Positions 34,973 through 44,421 of a stretch of DNA of 64,000 bases are shown one piece after another. Below the pieces are notes generated by a model. The model had not been told where the DNA came from. It ran no database searches and saw only the letters and a list, made by a program, of their open reading frames with translations. Numbering within the stretch: position 1 is the stretch's first letter; every line of letters begins with the position of its first letter. This DNA comes from Nitrospirales bacterium (GTDB taxonomy: Bacteria > Nitrospirota > Nitrospiria > Nitrospirales > UBA8639), in the NCBI GenBank assembly GCA_965212625.1, contig OZ243124.1:2007898-2071897 (forward strand), written 5' to 3'. A program made the position numbers and the translations under genes.

Positions 34973-36949
34973 GTGTCGGTTTCGGTCGAGGCTGAGAACG
35001 TTCAAGGTGAACGCATCGAAATTTCGTTGCCAGGAACGGGGACGAAAACCTTCCGGGCCGGGGTCACGGCGCGTGACGTGTTGACTGAGATGACCGGCAC
35101 GCTGTCCCCTGAGGTGTTTGCGGTGAAGATTAACGGGGCACCCGGGGATTTAAATGCGCCTCTGACGGAGAGTGCCACGGTCGAGCCGTTGACGTTTGCG
35201 TCGGACGACGGGAAAGAGGTGTATCGCCACAGCAGCACGCACATTATGGCACAAGCGGTGAAAGACGTGTTTCCTTCGGCCAATCTGACCATCGGGCCTG
35301 CCATAGACGACGGCTTTTATTACGATTTTTCCTTTGAACGTCCGTTCACTCCGGAGGATCTCGAGAAAATAGAGGCGCGGGCGCATGAGATTCTCCGCGA
35401 GAATTATCCCGTGCATCGGCTTGAGATGTCGAAGGCGGCCGCGGTCAAGTTGTTTCAAGAAAAAGGGGAAACCTTTAAGGTGGAGATTATTGAGCAGATC
35501 GAGGACGAGACCGTCTCGCTCTACCGGCAAGGCGATTTCATCGATTTGTGTCGGGGGCCTCACGTGAGCGCGACCGGGCAAGTGAAGGCGATCAAGCTGT
35601 TACACGCCGCCGGAGCGTATTGGCGAGGCGATGAACGCAACCCGATGCTGCAACGCATTTATGGCACCTCGTTTCCGACGCAACGGGAACTGGACGCGCA
35701 TCTCCATAAGCTTGAAGAAATTAAACGGCGAGATCATCGCAAACTCGGGAAGGAACTGGATCTTTTCAGCATTCAGGATGAAACGGGTCCGGGTTTGATC
35801 CTCTGGCATCCCAAGGGCTCGTTGATTCGATTGTTGATCGAAAATTTTTGGCGCGACCAGCACGTCAAACATGGCTATGATTTGCTCTATTCTCCGCACG
35901 TCGCGCGGTTGGATTTATGGAAGACCAGCGGGCACGTGGATTATTACCAGGAGAACATGTTTGCCCCCATGACCGTTGAGGCCGGTGAATATCAGTTGAA
36001 ACCCATGAATTGTCCGTTTCATCTCATGGTGTACAAGTCGCACTTGCGGAGTTATCGGGAACTTCCCCTTCGCTATGGTGAATTGGGCACGGTGTATCGC
36101 TACGAGCGCTCGGGGGTGTTGCACGGACTCATGCGGGTGCGGGGCTTTACCCAGGACGACGCGCACATCTTTTGTCGTCCCGACCAGATCGAATCCGAAG
36201 TGCGAAGCGTCCTTGATTTCACCACGTTCATGCTGAGGAGATTCGGGTTTACGGAATGTGATTTGTATCTGTCCACGAGACCGGAGCAGGCGGTGGGCAC
36301 CGTGGAGAAGTGGGACCAGGCGACGCAGGCACTTGAAGCTGCCCTGAAGGGGAGCGGGTTCCCGTATACCATTGACCCGGGCGAAGGCGTGTTTTACGGC
36401 CCGAAGATCGATCTGAAAATCCGCGACGCCTTAGGGCGTGCGTGGCAATGTTCGACGGTTCAAATCGACTTTAATAATCCTGAACGGTTTGGGCTGTCTT
36501 ACGTTGGGGAAGACGGGGCGGCGCACCGGCCGATCATGATTCATCGGGCGCTGCTGGGGTCCATTGAGCGATTTTTCGGCATCCTCGTTGAACATTACGC
36601 CGGGGTCTTTCCGACATGGCTGGCACCCGTCCAAGCGAAAGTCCTGCCCATTAGCGACAAACAGGCGGATTATGCGTCACACGTGCGCGAGCAATTAACG
36701 GACGTGGGTCTGCGCGTCGAACTGGACTTGCGAAATGAAAAGATAGGGTTCAAAATCCGTGAAGCCGAAAAAGCCAAAATTCCCTACATGCTCGTGGTCG
36801 GGGACCGGGAACGGGAGACGCAGACGGTCTCCGTCCGAAAACGAAGCGGAACCAACGTAGGGGCCATGCCGATCACAGGGGTAAGAGATCTGATTCGACA
36901 AGACGTGCCCTCAGACCAATTGACCCGTTCCTCTGGCACGAATGAGTAG
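34973..36949 (+). CDS. thrS: Threonine--tRNA ligase
   Basis: TGS, second-additional and class II core motifs (HRKLGKELDLF, FRDQHVKHGY, LRVRGFTQDDAHIF). GTG 34973 follows GGAGGGGGAG. The ORF opens at ATG 34940, overlapping the tRNA CCA. Confidence 0.9.
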   Translation: MSVSVEAENVQGERIEISLPGTGTKTFRAGVTARDVLTEMTGTLSPEVFAVKINGAPGDLNAPLTESATVEPLTFASDDGKEVYRHSSTHIMAQAVKDVFPSANLTIGPAIDDGFYYDFSFERPFTPEDLEKIEARAHEILRENYPVHRLEMSKAAAVKLFQEKGETFKVEIIEQIEDETVSLYRQGDFIDLCRGPHVSATGQVKAIKLLHAAGAYWRGDERNPMLQRIYGTSFPTQRELDAHLHKLEEIKRRDHRKLGKELDLFSIQDETGPGLILWHPKGSLIRLLIENFWRDQHVKHGYDLLYSPHVARLDLWKTSGHVDYYQENMFAPMTVEAGEYQLKPMNCPFHLMVYKSHLRSYRELPLRYGELGTVYRYERSGVLHGLMRVRGFTQDDAHIFCRPDQIESEVRSVLDFTTFMLRRFGFTECDLYLSTRPEQAVGTVEKWDQATQALEAALKGSGFPYTIDPGEGVFYGPKIDLKIRDALGRAWQCSTVQIDFNNPERFGLSYVGEDGAAHRPIMIHRALLGSIERFFGILVEHYAGVFPTWLAPVQAKVLPISDKQADYASHVREQLTDVGLRVELDLRNEKIGFKIREAEKAKIPYMLVVGDRERETQTVSVRKRSGTNVGAMPITGVRDLIRQDVPSDQLTRSSGTNE

Positions 36950-37463
36950 AACGGTCATTGCCAAATATCGGGTCAATCATTTGATTCGAGTCCCCGAAGT
37001 CCGAGTCATTGGCCCGGAAGGGGAGCAACTGGGTGTTCTCAAGACCGGTGACGCTCTCAAGCAGGCCGTGAAAAGCGGGTATGATCTAGTGGAAGTTGCC
37101 CCCAACTCCACCCCGCCGGTCTGCCGCATCATGGATTATGGAAAATTCAAGTATGAGCAGAGCAAGAAAGAACATAAAATTCGCCAGCACCAGAAATCGA
37201 CCCAGGTCAAGGAAATCAAATTTCGTCCCCGCACGGACAAGCATGATCTGGAGACCAAGGTTCGTCGAATTTTAGAATTTCTGGCAGATGGAAACAAAAC
37301 CAAAGTGACGGTCATGTTTCGGGGGCGAGAAATGGCCAACCAGGAACTTGGTCGCGTGGCAATGGGGAAGGTGCGGGAAGAAATTCAAGACGCATGCATG
37401 ATCGAAATGGAACCCAGAATGGAAGGGCGCAATCTGTATATGATCGTGGCCCCGAAGCATTAA
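36942..37463 (+). CDS. infC: Translation initiation factor IF-3
   Basis: RVNHLIRVPEVRVIGPEGEQLGV, CRIMDYGKFKYE. The true start may be a non-ATG codon such as ATT a few codons in. Confidence 0.9.
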   Translation: MSRTVIAKYRVNHLIRVPEVRVIGPEGEQLGVLKTGDALKQAVKSGYDLVEVAPNSTPPVCRIMDYGKFKYEQSKKEHKIRQHQKSTQVKEIKFRPRTDKHDLETKVRRILEFLADGNKTKVTVMFRGREMANQELGRVAMGKVREEIQDACMIEMEPRMEGRNLYMIVAPKH

Positions 37464-37594
37464 GGGGCCCTTTGTCACGTGTCATTCTGAGGTTCCCCTG
37501 AGCCTCGAAGGGCCTTGAAGCGAAGAATTTCAAGGGCCTGCTGAAAGATGACGAAGAACGGGAGTTTTGCAAAGGTCTCGTAAGGGAGCAGCAC

Positions 37595-37798
37595 ATGGCG
37601 CGTATGAAGTTAAAAAGTCATTCGGGAGCAGCCAAACGGTTTACGCGAACGGGAACGGGGAAATTCATGAGGCGGAAGGCGGGATTGCGACACATCCTCA
37701 CCACGAAGAGCGCCAAACGGAAAAAACGGCTGAATGATACGGTCGTCGTTTCGAAATCAGATCGGGATTCGCTGTCCCGACTCTTACCTTATTCCTGA
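37595..37798 (+). CDS. rpmI: 50S ribosomal protein L35
   Basis: MKLKSHSGAAKRF..GTGKFMRRKAGLRHIL. Confidence 0.9.
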   Translation: MARMKLKSHSGAAKRFTRTGTGKFMRRKAGLRHILTTKSAKRKKRLNDTVVVSKSDRDSLSRLLPYS

Positions 37799-37859
37799 CT
37801 GGAGAAACCGGAGAAACGGCAACCAGGTTCAAGCCATCTCAACGAAGGAGTGCTACCTC

Positions 37860-38213
37860 ATGCCACGCGTAAAAGGCGGCCCGCAAACTCGCCGCCGCAG
37901 AAAGAAGCGGTTGAAGTTAGCCAAAGGGCAATACGGTGCCAGAAGCAAACTGTTTCGGACGGCCACGGAGTCCGTCGATAAAGGTCAAGCCTACGCCTAC
38001 GTTGGCCGGCGACATCGCAAACGGGATTTTCGGCGATTGTGGATTACCAGAATTTCCGCGGCGGTCAAAGCGCATGGCTTATCGTACAGCCGATTCATCC
38101 ATGCGTTGGCCGAAGCCAACGTGGCCGTGAACCGGAAGATGCTGTCAGAAATGGCCATCCACGATCCGGCGGGGTTCAAGTCTCTCACGGATCTCGCAAA
38201 AGCCTCCGCCTGA
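37860..38213 (+). CDS. rplT: 50S ribosomal protein L20
   Basis: MPRVKGGPQTRRRRKKRLKLAKG...RDFRRLWITRI. Confidence 0.9.
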   Translation: MPRVKGGPQTRRRRKKRLKLAKGQYGARSKLFRTATESVDKGQAYAYVGRRHRKRDFRRLWITRISAAVKAHGLSYSRFIHALAEANVAVNRKMLSEMAIHDPAGFKSLTDLAKASA

Positions 38214-38324
38214 CTCTGTCACACCATCAAGGGTGCTGAGGACGCACCCGATTCCTTTCTTGTCACCCTGAGTGACAATGCCTGCACGTTGTCGGGGCTT
38301 TGATGGCCTGCCCTCTGTAGCTTC

Positions 38325-38651
38325 CTATGCTGCTGGTTGCGGCTCGTAGGGCTCAATCTCAATCTCATCCTCGCGCGCTTGGGCCTGCATCACGTCGTAG
38401 GCGGTTTGCAGGCGTATCCACGTTTCCGTCGTGGAGCCGAAAGCCTTCGCCAGCCGTATGGCCATTTCGCTCGACAGACGTGCGCGACCGTTCACCAGAT
38501 TCGAGAGTGCCTGACGACTGACGCCGAGGACCTTCGCGCCGTTGGTGACGTTGAGGCCAAGCGGTTCCAGACAGGACACCCGCACCACCGTGCCCGGATG
38601 CGGCGGATTTTTCATAGGCATCGTGGTTCTCCGTTTCTTAGTGGTAGTCAA
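38325..38651 (-). CDS. higA: HigA-family antitoxin (XRE HTH)
   Basis: HPGTVVRVSCLEPLGLNVTNGAKVLGVSRQALSNLVNGRARLSSEMAIRLAKAF. Confidence 0.8.
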   Translation of the reverse strand: MTTTKKRRTTMPMKNPPHPGTVVRVSCLEPLGLNVTNGAKVLGVSRQALSNLVNGRARLSSEMAIRLAKAFGSTTETWIRLQTAYDVMQAQAREDEIEIEPYEPQPAA

Positions 38652-38916
38652 TCAATTCGACATCGTAGACGTCTTCACCTTCGAAGTGGAAGATGAGACG
38701 CCAGTTGGTCTTCACGGTTAACGACCAATAACCTTTTCGATCACCTTTGAGTGCATGAAGTCGGTAGTGGGGAATGCGCATTGCCTCGGGTGAACTGGCG
38801 ACATCAAGCTGGGCGAGCATCACTTCGACCCGTTCTTGCAGATCAGGACGGATGAGGCTACGGTCGCCGTGTTCATAAAGACGTTTGAGTCCGCGATGAC
38901 GAAAGCTCCGTATCAT
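38638..38916 (-). CDS. higB: HigB/RelE-family toxin (killer protein)
   Basis: MIRSFRHRGLKRLYE...LHALKGDRKGYWSLTV..NWRLIFHFEGEDVYDVELIDYH. Overlaps higA by 14 nt. Confidence 0.8.
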   Translation of the reverse strand: MIRSFRHRGLKRLYEHGDRSLIRPDLQERVEVMLAQLDVASSPEAMRIPHYRLHALKGDRKGYWSLTVKTNWRLIFHFEGEDVYDVELIDYH

Positions 38917-39082
38917 TCATTTGGAATGTAATGTGTCAATCGACGCTTGTCAACACGGAGATTCCCAGAAGGAAGACAGGGAGCCTGAAAGATGACGTGG
39001 GGAGTGCCAGTCCCTCTCCGTCATTCCCGACGTTTTCCATCGGGAATCGTGCCAGTCCAGGAGAGGCTTGGAGGCGTGTCCT

Positions 39083-39757
39083 ATGTGTGGCCGGTACAGC
39101 TTGACGACGGAAGCAGACGTGATCACGGAACGATTTGTCGGGCAATCAACGTCTGAGGCGCGGCTGCCCGCACGAGGGGCACGCTATAACGTCGCTCCGT
39201 CTCAGCCGGTCTGGGCGGTGGTCCATGACGAGGAACCAAGGATCGTGGCGCTGCATTGGGGACTGATTCCCTCATGGGCAAAGGACAAGGCGATGGGCAC
39301 CCGCATGATTAACGCCCGGTCTGAAGGGATTGCGGAAAAACCGAGCTTTCGCCGCGCGATTCGGACACGTCGCTGTCTGGTGTTGGCCGATGGGTTTTAT
39401 GAATGGAAACAAGAGGGTGCCTTCAGAGTGCCCCACTATATTCGGCTGAAATCTCGTGAGCCATTTGGTTTTGCCGGCCTATGGGAAAGCTGGTCTGATC
39501 CATCCGGGGAAACGATTCAGTCGTGTGCGATTATCACCACAGCGGCGAATGCCTTCCTGAAACGGATTCACCATCGTATGCCGGTGATTCTTCCCCGTGA
39601 AGTTGAAGCCCACTGGCTCGACCCAACCGTAGATGACCTTCAAAACGTTCTTCCCCTCCTCCGACCCTATCCCGCCGCCGACGTGGAAGGATTTCCCGTC
39701 ACGACCGTCGTGAATGCTCCCCACAACGACGTACCCGCCTGCACGGCGCCGGCCTAA
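39083..39757 (+). CDS. SOS response-associated peptidase (SRAP/YedK family)
   Basis: MCGRYSL with the required catalytic Cys2. WGLIPSWAKD, NARSE, RRCLVLADGFYEW, HHRMPVIL. Confidence 0.85.
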   Translation: MCGRYSLTTEADVITERFVGQSTSEARLPARGARYNVAPSQPVWAVVHDEEPRIVALHWGLIPSWAKDKAMGTRMINARSEGIAEKPSFRRAIRTRRCLVLADGFYEWKQEGAFRVPHYIRLKSREPFGFAGLWESWSDPSGETIQSCAIITTAANAFLKRIHHRMPVILPREVEAHWLDPTVDDLQNVLPLLRPYPAADVEGFPVTTVVNAPHNDVPACTAPA

Positions 39758-39817
39758 GCTCTTCATACATTGACAGACTCTGCACGTCAGGGGAGAAACG
39801 TCAGCTTCGACGAGTTG

Positions 39818-40090
39818 TCAGGCCGCAGATAATCGTTTGACCTTGATCTTGCCAAGAGCCCGTTGCGTCACCCACCTCTCATAGAGGGCTTGCTGATTGA
39901 GCCAACTTTCCGCTGACGTACCAAAAGCTTTGGACAAACGAATAGCCATCTCGGGACTGACCCCAGCGTGGCCGTTCAAAATCGATGACAACGTCTTGCG
40001 ACTCACCCCGAGTGCTTCCGCTGCCCGGGTGACGCCTAATCCTAAAGGCGCCAAGCAGAGTTCCTTTAATACTTCGCCCGGACAATGCAC
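39818..40090 (-). CDS. Orphan HigA-like antitoxin
   Basis: [55 protein letters not shown]. No intact HigB upstream, only a possible ...AVDLEDVG stub around 40090-40160. Confidence 0.65.
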   Translation of the reverse strand: MHCPGEVLKELCLAPLGLGVTRAAEALGVSRKTLSSILNGHAGVSPEMAIRLSKAFGTSAESWLNQQALYERWVTQRALGKIKVKRLSAA

Positions 40091-40165
40091 TCTGGATTTG
40101 GTATGCCAACATCTTCAAGGTCAACGGCACGCGACGTCCGTTACGGCAAGAAGTGGGCAATACAC

Positions 40166-40396
40166 TCAGCCCGCCGCTGCCAGTGCTTCATGTGCTTTAC
40201 GGGTCAGTTCGATGAGAATGAAATAGGATTCGGGATACAAGTACTCTTCCTTGGATTCGTCTACGACTCTCAGATACCCCTCTTGAGCCGCTTCTTCGTC
40301 AGGCAGGATTTGATATATCTTTCGCTTCTCCAGATTCTCGCAATCGCTGTTTTCAATGCAAAGCGCAAATCGAGATTCTGCGGGGTGCTTTTTCAT
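40166..40396 (-). CDS. Small conserved-looking hypothetical protein in an AT-rich islet
   Basis: 76 aa: KIYQILPDEEAAQEGYLRVVDESKEEYLYPESYF. I recall similar small proteins but cannot name the family. Confidence 0.4.
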   Translation of the reverse strand: MKKHPAESRFALCIENSDCENLEKRKIYQILPDEEAAQEGYLRVVDESKEEYLYPESYFILIELTRKAHEALAAAG

Positions 40397-40402
40397 AGCC
40401 GT

Positions 40403-40717
40403 TCATCCAAAAATCGTTTTGATTTTTATCTTTTTTCTGCCAATCCCATGAGCCTCGTACTCAAGCCTGCTCAACGGTTCCAGTCGCACGTGGCTGTAAG
40501 CCGTCGGGTGCAATATCTTGTTGGGCAATTGCTGATTATGCCGTGGAGTAAAGGCAAATAAATACAAAGACTGGTGTCGGCACTCGAAAGTAGCGGCGTC
40601 GCGGGGTTGCAAAAAAGAGTAGACTTTCCCGCCATGGTCATCGAAACAAATACGGAAAATCGGCGATAATCCAGTCGTGCTCCGTACGATTGAGTGCATT
40701 AAAAGACATGGCGCCAA
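40403..40717 (-). CDS. Hypothetical protein, possible partner of 40166-40396
   Basis: 104-aa ORF ending 6 nt upstream of the next gene. No recognisable motif. Confidence 0.25.
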   Translation of the reverse strand: MAPCLLMHSIVRSTTGLSPIFRICFDDHGGKVYSFLQPRDAATFECRHQSLYLFAFTPRHNQQLPNKILHPTAYSHVRLEPLSRLEYEAHGIGRKKIKIKTIFG

Positions 40718-40971
40718 GGTGTTCTACTTGATGCTTATTCCCGATAGGGATACACGTGCCGAGGAATTCTTCTGCACGCTCCGTCAATCACAGTTCCCAT
40801 CCGTTCCGTGTTGGGATGTGTCGCGTTATGGCTATCTCACTTGGGCCGAGGTGAAAAGGTCTTGCGAAGAACGAAGACTCGCAAGAACGCTTGACGTGTT
40901 TACCTACAACGAGGGCCGGATTTTCTAGGAGTGAGCAGTCGGAATAGGTCCACTTCCGTCATCCTTCACGC

Positions 40972-42687
40972 TTATCCTATTGACGAATCGTCGCGGCACA
41001 GCCAGTCCACGTCGAGTTCGACGACGGAGATGGGCATGGAGATTTGCCAGTGTTCCAGGACTTCCGGGTGGAGTTCTCCGATCAGGCCGATGGATTGCCC
41101 GTCGCACAGAACGTTGCCGGAGCGTCCCTCAATGAAGGATCGATGGTGTATGGGTTCGAGGTCATAGGCTTTCACGAGATAAAACATCAGGACGTCCAGA
41201 CAGGTATGGACTTCAGAAAAGTTCGCCGTGGGATGCGCGATGAGAATCCCAAGCCGCATCACCGTGCGGGAGCCGAGTGCCTGGCTCATGTCGGGAAGGG
41301 CGACTTCCCCGATTTCAAAAAGCCGATGCGGGTAAAACGCGCGCGCGGAAGCCGTTTCCACGCGCAACAACGACGGCACGATCCAGGAGCGGAGACACGA
41401 AAAACTTTGCGACATGACGTTCTCCACTTCCACGACGTGCTGCCGGTCGGACGCGGTCAGGCGCATCCGTTCAACGAGGTCCTGATGGGACATCAGAATG
41501 TTGGAGAAGATTTCCTGGAACCCCTGTCCGATCATGTGCCCCCGGAGAGAATCAGAGGTCTCATCAAGCGCAGACGGCGCGCCCACGGTGAATTGGGCCG
41601 GCATCTCGGGAATAAACGAGTCATACCCGCGGCTGATCGCCACGTCTTCAGCCACGTCCACCGCGTGCATGAGGTCGCCGCGATAGGGTGGTAACCGCAC
41701 CATCAGTTTCTTGCCCCGCCCTTTGACGGCATACCCATAGGCCCGCAAGGCTTGCTGAACCTGTTCAACGGCCATGGGCAGGCCGAGGGCCGATTCAAGC
41801 TCGGTCAGAGGAATTGTCTGCGTCCTGGTGACGTCGCAAGGAGTTTTGAGCGACGTTCCCCATTCGGTGGAGTACGGATATACCACGTCGACCGGGTCAA
41901 TGGCGGCGCCCCGGTCCGCCAGATTCGCGGCAAAAATGTTGAGGGACAGCAGCACCATTCTCAGATCGGTTCCGGTCACTTCCACGAAGACTTCCGCGTC
42001 CCCGACCTGGAGTTCACCAATTTCCCGGCTGTTGATGATGGGGGGAAAGGAGAGAATTTGCCCTTCTTTATCCCACAGCAACGGCAGCAACGGTTGATCG
42101 GCGAGAATGTGCCCGTACTCCAGGCCTTTCGGATGAACCGTCAGCACGTCTTGAAGCGTCATGGTTTCGGAAAACCCAAGAGGGGTAAACCGGGCCTCAG
42201 TGGGTTTGACGAGGCCATACGTCACCGGGAACTGAATCTGAGACAGTCGATACAGCCCCACGGAAATCGTTTTTCGTTTATGGCCGAAAATATCCGCAAG
42301 CTTCTCCTGAAACTGAATGAGTTGCGTCAAGCCTTCCTCGGTGAGGGTGTAGCCGGTGGCGGCACAGGCCGCCACGTAGGGTCGCACCCGTTCCATGCCC
42401 ACGGCCACCGTCACGCGGCGTTTGGGGCGAGTCTTGGTGTAGAAAAAGGGATAATCGGACGGCGCCCCTTGGAGCTTCGTCCGAATCTGTCGGGCAATCC
42501 CTTCCACGCTCCACAAATCCGGCCGGTTGCTGTCTTGCAGCTCAACGCGCATTTCGCCGGTGGTCTGGGTGAATTCTTTCAATTCCCCTTTGACCAGAGG
42601 CAACCACGACTCGAGTTGCTCGATCGTGGTCGATTGCCCGAGGAGGCGTTCAAAATCGTTATGAAACAGAGAAAGCGTCGGCATCAC
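40972..42687 (-). CDS. pheT: Phenylalanine--tRNA ligase beta subunit, short archaeal/eukaryotic type
   Basis: 571 aa, versus ~800 aa for the bacterial type. N-terminus MPTLSLFHNDFERLLGQSTTIEQLESWLPLVKGELKEF resembles archaeal PheT. Confidence 0.8.
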   Translation of the reverse strand: MMPTLSLFHNDFERLLGQSTTIEQLESWLPLVKGELKEFTQTTGEMRVELQDSNRPDLWSVEGIARQIRTKLQGAPSDYPFFYTKTRPKRRVTVAVGMERVRPYVAACAATGYTLTEEGLTQLIQFQEKLADIFGHKRKTISVGLYRLSQIQFPVTYGLVKPTEARFTPLGFSETMTLQDVLTVHPKGLEYGHILADQPLLPLLWDKEGQILSFPPIINSREIGELQVGDAEVFVEVTGTDLRMVLLSLNIFAANLADRGAAIDPVDVVYPYSTEWGTSLKTPCDVTRTQTIPLTELESALGLPMAVEQVQQALRAYGYAVKGRGKKLMVRLPPYRGDLMHAVDVAEDVAISRGYDSFIPEMPAQFTVGAPSALDETSDSLRGHMIGQGFQEIFSNILMSHQDLVERMRLTASDRQHVVEVENVMSQSFSCLRSWIVPSLLRVETASARAFYPHRLFEIGEVALPDMSQALGSRTVMRLGILIAHPTANFSEVHTCLDVLMFYLVKAYDLEPIHHRSFIEGRSGNVLCDGQSIGLIGELHPEVLEHWQISMPISVVELDVDWLCRDDSSIG

Positions 42688-42867
42688 GTCATCAGTAAGG
42701 AAAGACTCGGACTTTCCTTGCTGTCACTCCCGCCGGCAGTTAGCGGGAATCCAGGGGTTTACGCTTTGTCATCAACGTCTCAGCATGGATTCCCGATTAA
42801 AAACGTCGGAAATGACAGAGCAAGGGCAAGCCTGCACGGGGGATTCGTTGTACATGCCGTCCGGCGC

Positions 42868-44421
42868 TTAAGAAAACCGTCCCCGCATCGTGCGAATTTT
42901 TTCAAGGTCCACGGAAAACAGGTCGCGGATGTCGTGAATTCCGAGGGCGACCATCGCCATTCGATCCAGACCCAATCCCCAGGCAATCACCGGGACGGTG
43001 ACCCCGAGGGGTTGCGTCACTTCCGGCCGAAACAAGCCGGCTCCGCCTAATTCCATCCAGCCGAGTTTCGGATGCCGGACGTGGAGTTCCACGGACGGTT
43101 CCGTGAACGGAAAGTAAGCCGGCAAAAATTTGCTCTCCTGTGCCTGAGCCATTTCTTTGGCAAACAGGGTCAGCAGGCCGAGCAGCGTCCGAAAGTGAAT
43201 AGCCTCGCCCAACACGATGCCTTCCACTTGGAAAAAGTCCGTGGCATGGGTTGCATCAACCTGGTCGTAGCGAAAGCACCGGGCCATAGAAAAATATTTG
43301 CCCGGGATCAGAGGCTTCGCCGCCATGGTTCGAGCCGACACCGCGGTACCTTGGCTTCGCAAAATCAAGCGGCGCGCCCGGGTCCGGTCATACTGATAGC
43401 CCCACCCGCTTGACCCCGTGCCGCCGCCGCGTTCGTGGGTATCGGCGACTTGAGACAAAAACGGTTCCGCAATCGTATCCGCATGAGTGGGGGTTTTCAC
43501 AAAGTACACGTCGTGAATGGCTCGGGCAGGATGAAATTGAGGCATGTACAGGGCATCCATGTCCCAGAATTCGGTTTCCACCAACGGGCCTCTCATTTCC
43601 TGAAACCCCATCCCGACCAGTTTGAGTTTGACCGAGTCAAGAAATTCCCGATAGGGATGCCGCCGTCCCGGGGCCACGCGCGGCGGTCTGAGGGTAATGG
43701 TGTATTTCCGAAAGGGCTTCTTGCGCCAGGACCCGTCCTTGAGCACGTCCGGCGTCAGTTGGGAAATTTCTTCCACGGCACCCGGACGGCAGAGTTTCGC
43801 TACGTCTTTCCCGGTTTCGGTCAGCGTATAGTCGCGTTGAATGCGGTCCTCAATACGAAACGGTTCCTGAGCGTTTCCCCGCTTCACCGAGTACTGGCGT
43901 AACAGGGTTTGTTGATCGGAAGCAAAGGACTGCATCGCTCGACTGGTCTCGCTCAATTGGCGAAGGAGATCGTGAAACTGCTCCGTCGTGGGGCTGGACG
44001 TCTCCATTGCGGCGACGTAGCCGCCGGATGCCAAGCGGATGGCCGACTCTTTTTTGAGCAGCCCAAGGGCCCGACTGAATTCGGTCAGCTGAAACGTCCC
44101 CATCCCCTGTAAATCTTTCACGGTGAACGAGCGCCCTTCTTGCGCGCCTTGCCGACACGTCGTGAGGATCCATTCGGCCGGAGAGCCGGTGGCCAGATAC
44201 CTCCGCCCCACCTCCGTCAAGCTCACCCAGGGCGTTCTGGTTTCCGCGTGGAGTTGCACCAACGCCTTCGCTTGCAGCCATCCCATGGCCATACTGACTT
44301 GGGACGGTTCCAATTGCGAGCGCGTTTGCAGGGAGGAATCGGAGACCGGCGAATCGGATTGCCCGAACGCTGCCAGCAGATTGATTTCCAGCGGATGCAA
44401 ACTGTCGTACACGGCATTCAT
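42868..44421 (-). CDS. pheS: Phenylalanine--tRNA ligase alpha subunit, long archaeal/eukaryotic type
   Basis: 517 aa with a ~200-aa N-terminal winged-helix-like extension. Class II motifs: FFVKTP.., RSQGTAVSAR, FSMARCFRYD, GLGLDRMAM. Confidence 0.8.
   Translation of the reverse strand: MNAVYDSLHPLEINLLAAFGQSDSPVSDSSLQTRSQLEPSQVSMAMGWLQAKALVQLHAETRTPWVSLTEVGRRYLATGSPAEWILTTCRQGAQEGRSFTVKDLQGMGTFQLTEFSRALGLLKKESAIRLASGGYVAAMETSSPTTEQFHDLLRQLSETSRAMQSFASDQQTLLRQYSVKRGNAQEPFRIEDRIQRDYTLTETGKDVAKLCRPGAVEEISQLTPDVLKDGSWRKKPFRKYTITLRPPRVAPGRRHPYREFLDSVKLKLVGMGFQEMRGPLVETEFWDMDALYMPQFHPARAIHDVYFVKTPTHADTIAEPFLSQVADTHERGGGTGSSGWGYQYDRTRARRLILRSQGTAVSARTMAAKPLIPGKYFSMARCFRYDQVDATHATDFFQVEGIVLGEAIHFRTLLGLLTLFAKEMAQAQESKFLPAYFPFTEPSVELHVRHPKLGWMELGGAGLFRPEVTQPLGVTVPVIAWGLGLDRMAMVALGIHDIRDLFSVDLEKIRTMRGRFS

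Noticed and set aside
40090-40160. HigB toxin gene upstream of the orphan higA (39818-40090)
   Set aside because: Only a short, stop-interrupted stretch (..[17 protein letters not shown]..) vaguely resembles a HigB C-terminus. That is too weak to annotate, even as a pseudogene.
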